Shown here piece after piece: positions 50,519 to 61,124 of a stretch of 64,000 nt of DNA. The notes under the pieces were generated by a model, which did not search any database, was not told where the DNA came from, and worked only from the letters and a program-made list of their open reading frames with translations. Source of the DNA: Candidatus Multivorans sp. Lineage in GTDB: Bacteria > Acidobacteriota > Thermoanaerobaculia > Multivoradales > Multivoraceae. The translations under genes were made by a program, and so were the position numbers. Numbering within the stretch: the stretch's first letter is position 1; every line of letters begins with the position of its first letter. The stretch covers positions 896,001-960,000 of the forward strand of contig OZ251997.1 in assembly GCA_965247095.1 (NCBI GenBank), written 5' to 3'.

Positions 50519-51204
50519 CCGGCCCGGTGCGGCTGCCGGTCCTGGCTGCGGTGTTGATCCTGGCGGCGGCGCCTCTCGCCGCTCAGCCGACGACCCCGGA
50601 CGCCGGCGACGCAGAGGCCGCGGTGCGGGCGACGTTCGAGGCCTACCGCCAGGCGCTGATCGCCGGTGACGGCGAGCGGGCGGCTGCCCTGGTCGACCGC
50701 GAGACGGGCGACTACTACCGGGAGCTGAAGCGGCTGGTCCTCGATGGCGGCGAGGAGGAGGTGCGGCAGAGGACCTTCGTCGACCGCTTCCTGATCGTGG
50801 CCTTCCGGCACCAGTTCGACGCTGCGGAGTTGACCGCGATGGAACTGGCCGACGTGATCGCGCGGGCGATGGAGATCGGCTGGATCAACGGAGCGGCGAT
50901 CGAGCAGCTCGCTGTGGGCGAGGTCCGGATCGAAGGCGACGAGGCGTATGCAGCCGCCCGCACGCGGGCGTCCCTCGAGGACCCTGCGCTCGGCGGCGGC
51001 GTCGACGAACTGGAGTACCGCTTCGTGAACGAGGGCGGGACCTGGAAGTTCCGTTTCAGCGTGCTCGTGTCGTCGATCGACGAGGTGATGCGCAACCTGG
51101 CCGCGCAGCTTGGCGCGGACGAGGACGACCTGATCTTCACCCTGGTCGAGTCCCTGACCGGAGTCGAAGTGCTGCCCGAGGTCTGGGACGCGGTCGAGCC
51201 CTGA
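50515..51204 (+). CDS. Secreted hypothetical protein (NTF2-like)
   Basis: Signal peptide, AVRATFEAYRQAL..FVNEGGTWKF; TTG start overlaps the previous stop. Confidence 0.6.
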   Translation: MTGPVRLPVLAAVLILAAAPLAAQPTTPDAGDAEAAVRATFEAYRQALIAGDGERAAALVDRETGDYYRELKRLVLDGGEEEVRQRTFVDRFLIVAFRHQFDAAELTAMELADVIARAMEIGWINGAAIEQLAVGEVRIEGDEAYAAARTRASLEDPALGGGVDELEYRFVNEGGTWKFRFSVLVSSIDEVMRNLAAQLGADEDDLIFTLVESLTGVEVLPEVWDAVEP

Positions 51205-51281
51205 TCGGGCGCCGCCGCGGGCGCCCGGCCCTCGCCGGCGGACGGCCGCGCCCGCTTTGGGGGGTGCGGTACGATCCCGCC

Positions 51282-52163
51282 GTGCCGATCCGGCGAACAG
51301 CGTTTCTTGTCGTTGCCGCCGCTCTCGTGGCGGCCGCTGGCGCCGGCCTGCTCGCCAGAGCCCCGGATCCGGCGCCGGCGACGCAGATCGGGGCCGTCGA
51401 CGACCGGCGCGACGCCCGCACCCGCTACCGGCGCTCCCTGCCGCCTCAGGCGATGAGGATGTTCGAGCGGTACCTGCCGCGGCCGGTCCATCCGGACGAG
51501 GTGCTGCGAGAGTTCTACTTCACCCGCCTCGCCTACAGCGGCAGGCCCTACATGGGCGGAGGCAGTTGGTCGGTCGACTTCCCGAAGGCCGACCGGCAGT
51601 TCATGCTCGGTCTCAAGCGGCTGCTCGACCAGTTGGACGCCTACGACTACGACAACGCCGTGGAGGCCACAGACCCGAAGCTCTCCCGCTTTCCCTTCCT
51701 CTACTCGGTGGAGGTCGGCCACATGATGTTGCGTGAGGAGGAGCGGGAGGCTCTGCGCCGGTACCTGCTGGCCGGCGGTTTCTGGGTCATCGACGACTTC
51801 TGGGGCAGTTGGGAGTGGGCGAACCTGGAGCGCGAGCTGTCTCTCCTGCTACCCAACTTCGCGATCGTCGAGCTTCCCCTGGACCACCCGATCTTCCACT
51901 GCTTCTACGATGTCGAAGAGATTCTCCAGGTGCCGAACGTGGGTCAGGCTGTACGTGGCGGGCCGACCTGGGAGCAGGACGGTTACACCCCGCACGTGCG
52001 GGGCATCTTCGACGACCACGGTCGCCTGATGGTGGTGATCAACTGGAACACCGACCTGGGCGACGCTTGGGAGTGGGCGGAAGATGAGTGGTACCCGGTG
52101 CGGTTCTCGCACTACGCGTACCAGATGGGAGTCAACTTCGTCGTCTACGCCATGTCGCACTGA
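51282..52163 (+). CDS. DUF4159 domain protein
   Basis: FYFTRLAY, WSVDFPKAD, LRRYLLAGGF..DDFWG, NTDLGDAWE, GVNFVVYAMSH. Confidence 0.88.
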   Translation: MPIRRTAFLVVAAALVAAAGAGLLARAPDPAPATQIGAVDDRRDARTRYRRSLPPQAMRMFERYLPRPVHPDEVLREFYFTRLAYSGRPYMGGGSWSVDFPKADRQFMLGLKRLLDQLDAYDYDNAVEATDPKLSRFPFLYSVEVGHMMLREEEREALRRYLLAGGFWVIDDFWGSWEWANLERELSLLLPNFAIVELPLDHPIFHCFYDVEEILQVPNVGQAVRGGPTWEQDGYTPHVRGIFDDHGRLMVVINWNTDLGDAWEWAEDEWYPVRFSHYAYQMGVNFVVYAMSH

Positions 52164-52214
52164 CGCCGGCGCCGCGACCCTACGACCGCCCACGTCCGCG
52201 TCTCTTCGTTCCTG

Positions 52215-54524
52215 ATGACTGGCCTCTTCGAGTTCCTGTTCAAGTACCGGCCGTCTCTGTTCGACGAGGGCCGGTTCGCCCTCGCCGCTCCGGGCTGGAT
52301 GCAGGTGGCGGCGCTGCTTGCCGGCGGCGCGCTCGTGTTCGCCGCCTTCACCTACCGGCGGATGCTGCCGGGTCCGAGCGGCGGCGCCGAGCGCTACCGC
52401 TGGCTGCCGCCGACGCTCCGTTCATTGGCCATCGGTGTGCTGGTTCTGTGCCTGCTGCAACCTGCCCTGGTCCTGTCGACCGTGGTGCCGCAGGAATCCT
52501 TCGTCGGCGTCCTGATCGACGACTCGGGCAGCATGGCGATGCCGGACGAGGACGCTGCCGAGGACGGCACCCGGGCCGGCGCGGTCCGGGAGGCGCTCTC
52601 CGGGGCGCCGGGGTCGCTGCTGGAAGTCCTCGGGCAGCGCTTCCAGGTCCGCCAACTTGCCTTCGGCCGCGGCGCCGAGCGGATCGAGTCCATCGATCAG
52701 CTCCGGTTCGCCCGCTCTGACAGCCGCATCGGCGAGGCCCTGCGCGCGGCCTCGGACGAACTGGCGGGCCTGCCCCTGGCGGGTCTCGTCCTGCTCTCCG
52801 ACGGCGCCGACTCCGCACCGGCCGAGCTCGGTGACGCCCTGCTGGCGCTCAAGGCCGCGGGGACGCCGGTGCACGCGATCGGCCTCGGGCGGCCGCGCCT
52901 GGAGAAGGACATCGAGGTCTCCCGGGTGGTCGCCCCGCGGCGGGTGCTCGAAGGTTCAACCGTCGAGGTCGAAGTCACCCTGAGTCAGACCGGGTTCGGC
53001 GGCCGTAGCGTGAACCTCGAAGTCGAGGACGACGGGCGGATCGTGAACGTGGCGCAGGTGACCTTTCCGCGCCGGAGCTCGGCGGTCACGGCCCGGGTGA
53101 TGTTCGCGGCCAGCGCTGAGGGGGCGCGGGAGTTCCGCTTTCGGGTCGCCGGCCAGCAGGGGGAGGAACTGACGCTGAACAACGAGCGGGTGGCCCTGGT
53201 GGAAGTGACGAACAGGCAGAAGAAGATCTTCTTCTTCGAGGGCGAACCGCGACACGAGTCCAGGTTCCTGCGGCGGGCGGTCCAGTTCGACGAGAATCTC
53301 CGCCTCGTGTCGATGACGCGCCAGGCGGCGAACAAGTTCTACGGCATCAACTTCGATGAGGACACGAAGCGCTTCGACGGTTTTCCGACCCGCCGCGAGG
53401 ATCTGTTCGAGTACCAGGGCGTCATTGTGGGCAGCATGGAGGCGAGTTTCTTTACCCACGACCAGATGCGGATGCTGGTCGACTTCGCCGCTCAGCGCGG
53501 CGGCGGCGTGCTGCTGCTCGGCGCCCACAGGTCGTTCTCGGAAGGGGGCTTCGCTGGTACGCCGATCGCCGAGCTGTCGCCGCTTGTCCTCTACGAACCG
53601 CCGGCGGAAGACGGCCGTCCCGAACTGATCTACGACCTGCAACTGGAGTTGACGCCCCAGGGACGCGCCCACCCCGCAATGCTGCTGCGCGACGACCGGG
53701 CCGAATCCAACGAGCTCTGGTCGACCTTGCCGCGGCTCTCCGCGTACCAGCGGGCGACCGAACTGAAGGCCGGCGCGACCGCGCTGCTGAGGGCGGAGAC
53801 TCCCATGGTGCGCGATCCGCTGATCGCCCTGGCGCATCACCGGATCGGCCGCGGACGGGCGATCGCCTTCACGCCGCACGACTCCTGGCACTGGCAGATG
53901 AGCGCGGAGATCCCGCTCGAGGATCAGACTCACGAGCGGCTCTGGCGGCAGATGCTGCGCTGGCTGGTGTCCTACGTGCCGGACCGGGTCGAGGTCGAGA
54001 CGGACCGGGACCGGTTTGAGCCCGGCAGCACGGTGACGCTGCGCGCGATGGTGCGCGATGCGGCGTTTCGGGAAGTGAATCGGGCTCAGGTCACAGCGGC
54101 GATCGAGATGCCGTCCGGCGAGGAGGTCGAAGTGCCGCTCGATTGGTCGGTGGAGCGTGACGGGGAGTTCGTCGGCGCCTTCGTGGCCGGCGAGCGCGGT
54201 CATTACCGGGTCGAGGTGGACGCGCGGTCGGAGGGGGAACTGCTCGGTGTCGCGGTGTCGCACTTTGCCGTCGACACTCTGAACGAGGAACTCTTCGGCG
54301 CCGCTCGCCGGGACTCGGTGTTGCGGAGGATCGCCCGCGAGACCGGTGGCCGGCAGTACGAGTTGGACGAGATGGACAGCCTGGTCGAGGACCTCTCGGT
54401 CAGCCGCGAAGGCACGACCGTGCGTGAGGCGCGGGACCTCTGGGACATGCCGATCCTGTTCCTGCTGCTGGTCGTTTTCCTGGGCGGTGAATGGGCGGTT
54501 CGACGACGCCTGGGAATGGCGTGA
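52215..54524 (+). CDS. Membrane protein with VWA and glutamine-amidotransferase-like domains
   Basis: N-terminal TM helices, IDDSGSM and LLSDG (MIDAS), RGGGVLLLG, IARETGG, C-terminal TM..EWAVRRR. Confidence 0.8.
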   Translation: MTGLFEFLFKYRPSLFDEGRFALAAPGWMQVAALLAGGALVFAAFTYRRMLPGPSGGAERYRWLPPTLRSLAIGVLVLCLLQPALVLSTVVPQESFVGVLIDDSGSMAMPDEDAAEDGTRAGAVREALSGAPGSLLEVLGQRFQVRQLAFGRGAERIESIDQLRFARSDSRIGEALRAASDELAGLPLAGLVLLSDGADSAPAELGDALLALKAAGTPVHAIGLGRPRLEKDIEVSRVVAPRRVLEGSTVEVEVTLSQTGFGGRSVNLEVEDDGRIVNVAQVTFPRRSSAVTARVMFAASAEGAREFRFRVAGQQGEELTLNNERVALVEVTNRQKKIFFFEGEPRHESRFLRRAVQFDENLRLVSMTRQAANKFYGINFDEDTKRFDGFPTRREDLFEYQGVIVGSMEASFFTHDQMRMLVDFAAQRGGGVLLLGAHRSFSEGGFAGTPIAELSPLVLYEPPAEDGRPELIYDLQLELTPQGRAHPAMLLRDDRAESNELWSTLPRLSAYQRATELKAGATALLRAETPMVRDPLIALAHHRIGRGRAIAFTPHDSWHWQMSAEIPLEDQTHERLWRQMLRWLVSYVPDRVEVETDRDRFEPGSTVTLRAMVRDAAFREVNRAQVTAAIEMPSGEEVEVPLDWSVERDGEFVGAFVAGERGHYRVEVDARSEGELLGVAVSHFAVDTLNEELFGAARRDSVLRRIARETGGRQYELDEMDSLVEDLSVSREGTTVREARDLWDMPILFLLLVVFLGGEWAVRRRLGMA

Positions 54525-55576
54525 GCTTCCGTGGGCGCACGGGACGGGTTCCGGCGGCGGCATTGGCGTGCTCGCTTGCCGTCGCCCCGCTCGCTGCGGA
54601 GAGCCACCTCCTGGTGGTGACCGGGGTTGGCGGGGAGCAGGTGTACACCGAGCGTTTCCACGCCTGGGCGACGCGGGTGGTGGAGGCCGCGCTCGAAGCG
54701 GGCCTGCGCGAGGACAATGTGGTCTACCTCGGCGAACGTCCGGATCTCGATCCGGAACGGATCCGGGCCCGTTCCACGGGCGAGAACCTGCTCTCGGAGA
54801 TCGAGACGCTCACCAAGCGGTCGAGCGCCGGCGACGACGTGTGGATCGTGCTCTTCGGGCACGGCAGTGGTTCGGCGGGTCCGCCGCGGTTCAATCTGCC
54901 GGGGCGGGATCTCGTGGCTGAGCAGTACGCCGCCGCGCTCGAGCCGCTCACGGACCGCCGCCTCGTGTTCATCAACGCGAGTTCCGCATCCGGCGGCTTC
55001 ATCGCGCCGCTGGCGAAGGAGGGGCGGGTGGTGATCACCGCCACCAGATCCGGCGCGCAGGGCAACGAGGCGCTGTTCGGCGGCTACATCGCGGAGGCCT
55101 TCGACGGCGCGGCGGGAGACCGGAACAAGGACGGCCGCACGTCCGCCCTCGAGGCGTTCGAGTTCGCTCAGCGCGAGGTCGAGCGCTACTACCGGCAGGC
55201 GGGGCAGATCCGCACCGAACACGCGCTCCTCGAGGACGACGGTGACGGTGAGGGAAGCCTGGAACCGGCCGGCGTCGAGGCCTCCAAGCCGGTCGACGGG
55301 AGGCTTGCGAGTCTCGTCCTTCTCGGCGAGGAAGCGCTTCCTCAAACACTGACGGATGAGAGCCGGGAGCTGGCCCTGCGGCGCGGCGCGATCGAGCGCC
55401 GGATCGACGAACTCCGGCTGCAGCGGGAAACGCTCGACGAGGAGGTCTACCTCAGCGAACTCCAGGATCTGATGGTCGAACTGGCCCTGGTCGACCGCGA
55501 GCTGGGGGCTGCCGGGGCGGACGGGGACGGAGAAGACGACGGTTCCGACGGCGCGAACGGAGACCCGGACCGATGA
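54521..55576 (+). CDS. Secreted caspase/C13-fold-like hypothetical protein
   Basis: LLVVTGVGG, IVLFGHG, NASSASGGF, VITAT, DRNKDGRTSALEAF. Confidence 0.65.
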   Translation: MSFRGRTGRVPAAALACSLAVAPLAAESHLLVVTGVGGEQVYTERFHAWATRVVEAALEAGLREDNVVYLGERPDLDPERIRARSTGENLLSEIETLTKRSSAGDDVWIVLFGHGSGSAGPPRFNLPGRDLVAEQYAAALEPLTDRRLVFINASSASGGFIAPLAKEGRVVITATRSGAQGNEALFGGYIAEAFDGAAGDRNKDGRTSALEAFEFAQREVERYYRQAGQIRTEHALLEDDGDGEGSLEPAGVEASKPVDGRLASLVLLGEEALPQTLTDESRELALRRGAIERRIDELRLQRETLDEEVYLSELQDLMVELALVDRELGAAGADGDGEDDGSDGANGDPDR

Positions 55577-58293
55577 GCGCGAGCCTCGATGCCATCTGCC
55601 GGTGGATCGGACCGGTGGCGCTCGTTCTGGCGGTGGCCGCGTGGTCTCCCGCAGCCGTCGCGGCTCAGGACGGGCCGGTGTCGCTGGACGGCATCGAGCG
55701 GTGGATCCTGACCGGCCGCTACGACGAAGCGGTGGAGCAGCTCGAAGCGCGCGCCGACGAGGCGGGCGATCCCCGGGCGTTGAGGCTGCGCGTGGAGGCG
55801 CTGACCTCGACCGGCCGCTACGACGAGGCGGCCGCCGCGTTTGAGGGCGTCGACGCGCCGGCTCTCGGTCTCGGGGTGTTGCGGGGCAGGGTGGCGCTTC
55901 TTGTCGGCGATCGGGAGGAGGCCCGGCGTTCCTTCGCAGAGGCCCGGGCCGTCGGGGGTGAGGACGCCCTGGTCGCTTCGTTCGAACTCGCGCGGCTGGC
56001 CTGGGACCGGGGCGAGATCGAGGCAGCGACCGAAGGGTTCTACCGGATGATCGACGCCTACAACCTCGGCGCCGCCGACACGGCCGAGGAACTCGTCGCG
56101 GTGGGGCAGGCCTGCCAGTTGCTGGGGCGCGACGATCCGGAGCTGTTCAAGGACGCGCTGCGCGCCTACGACGAGGCGGTGGCGCTCGCTCCCTCCTGGC
56201 CGGCGCCTCGCATCCGGATCGGCGAGCTGTTCCTGGAGAAGTACGACAGCAGTCAGGCCCGTTCGTCGCTGACCGACGTGTTGCGGGCGAACCCGCGCCA
56301 TCCGGAGGCGTTGCTCGCGATGGCCCGAACGATGGGGTTCGACGGCGATCCACGGTCCCGGGAAGTCCTCGACTCCGCCCTCGAGGTCAATCCGAGGCTG
56401 ATTCCGGCCCGCGTGCACCGGGCCTGGCTCCACCTGGGGGCGGAACAGTTCGGAGAGGCCCGGGACGAGGCCGAGAAGGCGCTGGAGATCGATCCGGGTT
56501 CGTTCACGGCCCGGACCCTGCTGGCGGCGGCGGCGTTCCTGGAAGGGCGCGGCGAGGACTTCGCGCGTCTCCGCGACGGCATGCTGGCCGACAATCCCCG
56601 CTACGCCGATCTGTTCAACGACCTGGCCGATGCCAGCGTCAACAATCGTCTCTACCCGCAGGCGCGGGACTTCGCGGCGGAGGCCGTGCGGATCGATCCG
56701 AAGTCCTGGCGCGGCTACGGACTGCTGGGAATGAACCAACTCCGGCTGGGCGATATCGAGGCCGGACGAGCCAACCTGGAGACCTCCTTCGCGGGCGACC
56801 CCTACAACGTCTGGACCAAGAACACGCTCGACCTGCTCGACACGTTCGGCGACTACCGGAAGGTGAAGAGCGAGCACTTCGAGTTCCACATCCACGACCG
56901 CGAGGCCGACCTGCTGGCCCCCTACATGGTCGAGCTGGCCGAGGAGGCCTGGGCGACGCTCTCCGAGCGCTACCGCTTCGAGCCCCCGGCGCCGATCCGG
57001 GTGGAGGTCTATCCGTCGCACGCCGACTTCTCGGTTCGCACCGTCGGGCTGGCCGGGCTCGGCGCCCTCGGCGTGTGCTTCGGGCCGGTGCTTGCCCTCG
57101 ACTCGCCGTCGGCGCGTCAGGTCGGCCACTTCAACTGGGGCGGCACCCTCTGGCACGAGATCGCCCACACGTTCACCCTGCTCGCTACCGACGCGAAGAT
57201 CCCGCGCTGGTTGACCGAGGGCCTGTCCGTGTTCGAGGAGCGGCGGGCGCGGCCGGGTTGGGGAGACGACGTGCAGGTGCGTTTCCTCACCGCGCTGCGC
57301 GACGACGAGTTGCTCGGCATCGCCGAGATCAACGATGGCTTCGTGCGGCCCAGGTTTCCGAACCAGATCCTTTTGTCCTACTTCCAGGCCTCCCTGATCT
57401 GCGACTGGATCGAGGAGAACTACGGCTTCAACGCGATTCTCACGATGCTCGCGGGCTATCGCGACGGCAGGAGCACGGAGGAAGTGTTCGAGGAGGCGAT
57501 GTCCCTCGCCCTCGAAGACTTCGACGAACGGTTCTTCGGCCATCTCCGCGCGCGCTTCGGTGGCGCCATGGCGTCGCTCGGTGGTGCTCCTGCCAGCCCT
57601 GGCGAAGAGGAGCAGGAATCCGGCGAGGGCGGACCGTCCCGCGCGCCGACGCGGAACCCCTTCGAGCGCCGTGAGCCGAATCTCGAGCAGTTGGCGCTGG
57701 TGGCGAAGGAAAACCCGGACGATTTCAGAATCCAGATGACGTACGGCTACGCCCTGTTCCGGGAGGAGCGCTTCGCCGAGGCGGAGGCGCCGCTGTCGCG
57801 CGGTCGCGCCCTGTTCCCGGAGTACGTCGGCTCTGGAAACGCCTACACTCTGCTGGCCGAAATCTACCGGCAGCAGGAACGCGAGGAGGAGGCGACCGAA
57901 GCGCTCATGACGCTGGTGGCAAGCAACGAGATGGCCTGGGATGAGCACCTGGCTCTTGCCGAGCTGCTTGCCGGCGCCGGCCGCGACGAGCAGGAGGCCG
58001 AGATCCTGGAGCGGTCTCTCTACATCTCGCCGTACGATCTCGACGTGCATCGCCGTCTCGCCGAACTCGCCTCAGCCTCGGACCGCTTCGGGCTGGCCGT
58101 GCGCGAACGCGCGGCCCTGGTCGCGCTCGACCCGCCCGATCGCGCGGTGGCGCTCTACGAGCTGGCGCTGGCGCAGCGCAACGCGGGCCTGCCCGAGCGC
58201 GCGCGCCGGACGGTGCTGCGGGCGCTCGAGGTGGCGCCAGGGTACGACCCGGCGCAGGAACTCCTGCTCGACCTGGTGGGGGAGGGCTCGTGA
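55573..58293 (+). CDS. TPR-repeat protein with gluzincin (peptidase MA) domain
   Basis: Signal peptide, TPR arrays flanking HEIAH..WLTEGLS. Confidence 0.85.
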   Translation: MSASLDAICRWIGPVALVLAVAAWSPAAVAAQDGPVSLDGIERWILTGRYDEAVEQLEARADEAGDPRALRLRVEALTSTGRYDEAAAAFEGVDAPALGLGVLRGRVALLVGDREEARRSFAEARAVGGEDALVASFELARLAWDRGEIEAATEGFYRMIDAYNLGAADTAEELVAVGQACQLLGRDDPELFKDALRAYDEAVALAPSWPAPRIRIGELFLEKYDSSQARSSLTDVLRANPRHPEALLAMARTMGFDGDPRSREVLDSALEVNPRLIPARVHRAWLHLGAEQFGEARDEAEKALEIDPGSFTARTLLAAAAFLEGRGEDFARLRDGMLADNPRYADLFNDLADASVNNRLYPQARDFAAEAVRIDPKSWRGYGLLGMNQLRLGDIEAGRANLETSFAGDPYNVWTKNTLDLLDTFGDYRKVKSEHFEFHIHDREADLLAPYMVELAEEAWATLSERYRFEPPAPIRVEVYPSHADFSVRTVGLAGLGALGVCFGPVLALDSPSARQVGHFNWGGTLWHEIAHTFTLLATDAKIPRWLTEGLSVFEERRARPGWGDDVQVRFLTALRDDELLGIAEINDGFVRPRFPNQILLSYFQASLICDWIEENYGFNAILTMLAGYRDGRSTEEVFEEAMSLALEDFDERFFGHLRARFGGAMASLGGAPASPGEEEQESGEGGPSRAPTRNPFERREPNLEQLALVAKENPDDFRIQMTYGYALFREERFAEAEAPLSRGRALFPEYVGSGNAYTLLAEIYRQQEREEEATEALMTLVASNEMAWDEHLALAELLAGAGRDEQEAEILERSLYISPYDLDVHRRLAELASASDRFGLAVRERAALVALDPPDRAVALYELALAQRNAGLPERARRTVLRALEVAPGYDPAQELLLDLVGEGS

Positions 58294-59102
58294 TCCTGTT
58301 GCGGAGCAGGCGCAGTGGACGCCCTGTATTGGCGGGTCTCGCCGCGCTCGCCGTGCTGGCCGGCGCCCTGTTCGCCCGCGACGACTTCTGGCGCGCCCCC
58401 AAGGTGGAGACGCCGTCCTTCCCCTACTCTGGCGGCTTCACCTTCGCCCGGATCAAGTTCGAGCCAACGCAGTGGCGCGGCGGCCCGTTCATGTGGGGCC
58501 TGGACCTCAAGTGGAACCACGACTATCCGATGGCGGAGGAGAACTTCACCCGCATAGTCGATGAAATGACTTACATCGACACGTTCACTGGCGGCGGCAA
58601 TGTGCTCGAGCTGACCGATCCGCGGCTGTTCGAGCATCCCTGGGCGTATCTCTGCGAGGCGGGCTTCTGGAACCCGACCGAGGAGGAACTCGCCAACCTC
58701 CGCTCCTACCTGCTCAAGGGTGGTTTCCTGGTCATCGACGACATCTTCGACATTCGGGGTTATCCGATCCGGTGGGAGAACGTCGAGCGGCAGATGGGTC
58801 GGCTCCTGCCCGGCTACGAACTGGTGCCGATGACTGTCGACCACCCCGTCTTCCGGGCCTTCTTCGTCCTCGAGGACATCAACTTCGATATCGAGGATCC
58901 ACGGTTCTACCCCGTGCGGGGCAAAATCTACGGCGTCTTCGAGGACAACGATCCCAGCCGCCGGCTGATGACCGTCATCAACTACAACATGGACATCGGC
59001 GACTTCTGGGAATGGTCGGAGTACGCCATCTACCCGGTGGACGTGACCCAGAAGGGCTTCAAACTGGGCGTGAACTACCTGATCTACGGCATGACTCACT
59101 GA
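58290..59102 (+). CDS. DUF4159 domain protein
   Basis: FTFARIKF, WNHDYP, LRSYLLKGGF, NMDIGDFWE, GVNYLIYGMTH. Confidence 0.88.
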   Translation: MILLRSRRSGRPVLAGLAALAVLAGALFARDDFWRAPKVETPSFPYSGGFTFARIKFEPTQWRGGPFMWGLDLKWNHDYPMAEENFTRIVDEMTYIDTFTGGGNVLELTDPRLFEHPWAYLCEAGFWNPTEEELANLRSYLLKGGFLVIDDIFDIRGYPIRWENVERQMGRLLPGYELVPMTVDHPVFRAFFVLEDINFDIEDPRFYPVRGKIYGVFEDNDPSRRLMTVINYNMDIGDFWEWSEYAIYPVDVTQKGFKLGVNYLIYGMTH

Positions 59103-59140
59103 ACCGTTCGGGGAGCGGCACGGACCCTTTTCCCCGCACC

Positions 59141-60214
59141 ATGGAGAACTCGATGAACGACACCCAGGATCAAGCAGCCGACGGCGCGGCAAGCGCCCAG
59201 GGCTTGACCAGCGAGAGCGACGTGGAGCTGGCGGCGCGTTTGGCGGTGGGCAGGGAGCAGATCCTGACTCAGCTCGCCAAGCAGATCATTGGCCAGGAGG
59301 AGGTGCTGGGGCAGGTGCTGATGACCCTGTTCGTCGGCGGCAACAGCATCCTGACCGGGGTGCCGGGTCTGGCCAAGACCCTGATCGTGCAGACCGTGGC
59401 ACAGATTCTCGACCTCAAGTTCGGCCGCATCCAGTTCACGCCCGACCTGATGCCGAGCGACATCACCGGCACCGACATCATCCAGGAAGACCACGACACG
59501 GGCCGGCGGGAAATGGTCTTCATGCCGGGTCCGATCTTCGCCCAGATCGTGCTCGCGGATGAGATCAATCGCACGCCGCCGAAGACCCAGGCGGCGCTGC
59601 TCGAGGCGATGCAGGAGCACCGGGTCACGGTGCAGGGCCGGACCTACGACCTGGAACAGCCGTTCTTCGTCTTCGCTACCCAGAACCCGATCGAACTCGA
59701 GGGCACCTATCCGCTGCCGGAGGCCCAGCTCGACCGCTTCATGTTCAACATCGTCATCGACCACCTGGGCGAGGACGAGGAGATGGAGATCGTCGACGCG
59801 ACGACCACGGTGCGGGAGTTCATGCTGGAGACAAAGGTCACGGGTGCCGATCTGCGTGCGTTCCACCGCCTGGTCCGGCGCGTGCCGATCGCTGATCCGA
59901 TCCTCCGGTACGCCGTCCACCTGGCGCGGATGACGCGGCCCGATACGCCCGAGGCGCCGGACTTCGTCAACCGGTGGGTGCAGTACGGGGCGAGTGTCCG
60001 CGCGGCGCAGTTCATGGTCCTCGGCGCCAAGGCGAAGGCATTGATGGACGGCCGCTACCACGTCGCTCACGAGGATGTCCGGTCCCTGGCCAAGCCGGTC
60101 ATGCGGCACCGCATCCTGACCAACTTCCACGCCGAGTCGGAGCGGATCACGACCGACGAGATCGTCTCCCGCCTGCTGGAACTCGCGCCGGTGACCGCGA
60201 GCGGCATGAGCTGA
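59141..60214 (+). CDS. moxR: MoxR family AAA+ ATPase
   Basis: GVPGLAKT, RIQFTPDLMPSDITG, LADEINRTPPKTQ, ATQNPIE..LPEAQLDRF. Confidence 0.95.
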   Translation: MENSMNDTQDQAADGAASAQGLTSESDVELAARLAVGREQILTQLAKQIIGQEEVLGQVLMTLFVGGNSILTGVPGLAKTLIVQTVAQILDLKFGRIQFTPDLMPSDITGTDIIQEDHDTGRREMVFMPGPIFAQIVLADEINRTPPKTQAALLEAMQEHRVTVQGRTYDLEQPFFVFATQNPIELEGTYPLPEAQLDRFMFNIVIDHLGEDEEMEIVDATTTVREFMLETKVTGADLRAFHRLVRRVPIADPILRYAVHLARMTRPDTPEAPDFVNRWVQYGASVRAAQFMVLGAKAKALMDGRYHVAHEDVRSLAKPVMRHRILTNFHAESERITTDEIVSRLLELAPVTASGMS

Positions 60215-60224
60215 CGGTGACGGC

Positions 60225-61118
60225 ATGAGCTACGGCCGGTTCGTCGACACCGAGACGCTGAGTCGGATCAGCAGTCTGGACCTGCTCGCCAAGACGGTGG
60301 TCGAGGGCTTCGTCAGCGGTCTGCACCGCTCGCCCTTCCTTGGCCGGTCGATGGACTTCGCCGAGTACCGCGCCTACCAGCCCGGCGACGACATCCGCCG
60401 CGTCGACTGGAAGCTCTTCTGTCGCACGGACCGCTTCTACGTCAAGGAGTTCGAGGCGGACACGAACACCGACCTGATGATCGCACTCGACATCTCCCGC
60501 TCGATGGACTTCGGCACCGGGGCGCTGACCAAGCTGGACTACGGGCGCTATCTCGCGGCCTGCCTGGGCTACTTCGCGTCCAAGCAGAAGGACCGCATCG
60601 GCCTGGTGACCTTCGACAGCGTGATCGTCGACTTCGTTCCACCCGCCGCCAAGCACCTCAAGGTCGCGCTGCACACGATCGACCGCATCCAGCCGGGCGG
60701 CGGAGGCAGTCTGCGCGAACCGCTGCTCGAGGTCGTGGACTCGGTGCGCCGGCGCAGCATGGTGGTCCTCATCTCGGATTTCTACGAGGATCCGGAGACG
60801 GTGATCAAGGCGGCGGCGGGGTTCCGGCACAAAGGCAGCGACGTCATCCTCTTCCACCTGCTTGATCCCGCCGAACTCCGCTTCAACTTCGAGGGCGAGC
60901 TGGACCTGCGTGACCTGGAGACGGGCACGCGGCAGGCGGTCATGCCGGACGTGCTCCGGGATCAGTACCTGGACCTGATTCGCGAGCACACGCAGACCCT
61001 CGATCGGTCCCTGGTCGAGGCGGGCATCGACTACACGCTGGTCGACACGTCGCAGCCCCTGGACGCGGCGCTGTACAGCTACCTGTCGGCGCGCCTGTAC
61101 GCCATGAAGGCGAGGTAG
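60225..61118 (+). CDS. DUF58 domain (VWA-like) protein
   Basis: GLHRSP..FAEYRAYQPGDDIRRVDWK, LDISRSM, ISDFY. Confidence 0.93.
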   Translation: MSYGRFVDTETLSRISSLDLLAKTVVEGFVSGLHRSPFLGRSMDFAEYRAYQPGDDIRRVDWKLFCRTDRFYVKEFEADTNTDLMIALDISRSMDFGTGALTKLDYGRYLAACLGYFASKQKDRIGLVTFDSVIVDFVPPAAKHLKVALHTIDRIQPGGGGSLREPLLEVVDSVRRRSMVVLISDFYEDPETVIKAAAGFRHKGSDVILFHLLDPAELRFNFEGELDLRDLETGTRQAVMPDVLRDQYLDLIREHTQTLDRSLVEAGIDYTLVDTSQPLDAALYSYLSARLYAMKAR

Positions 61119-61124
61119 GGAACC

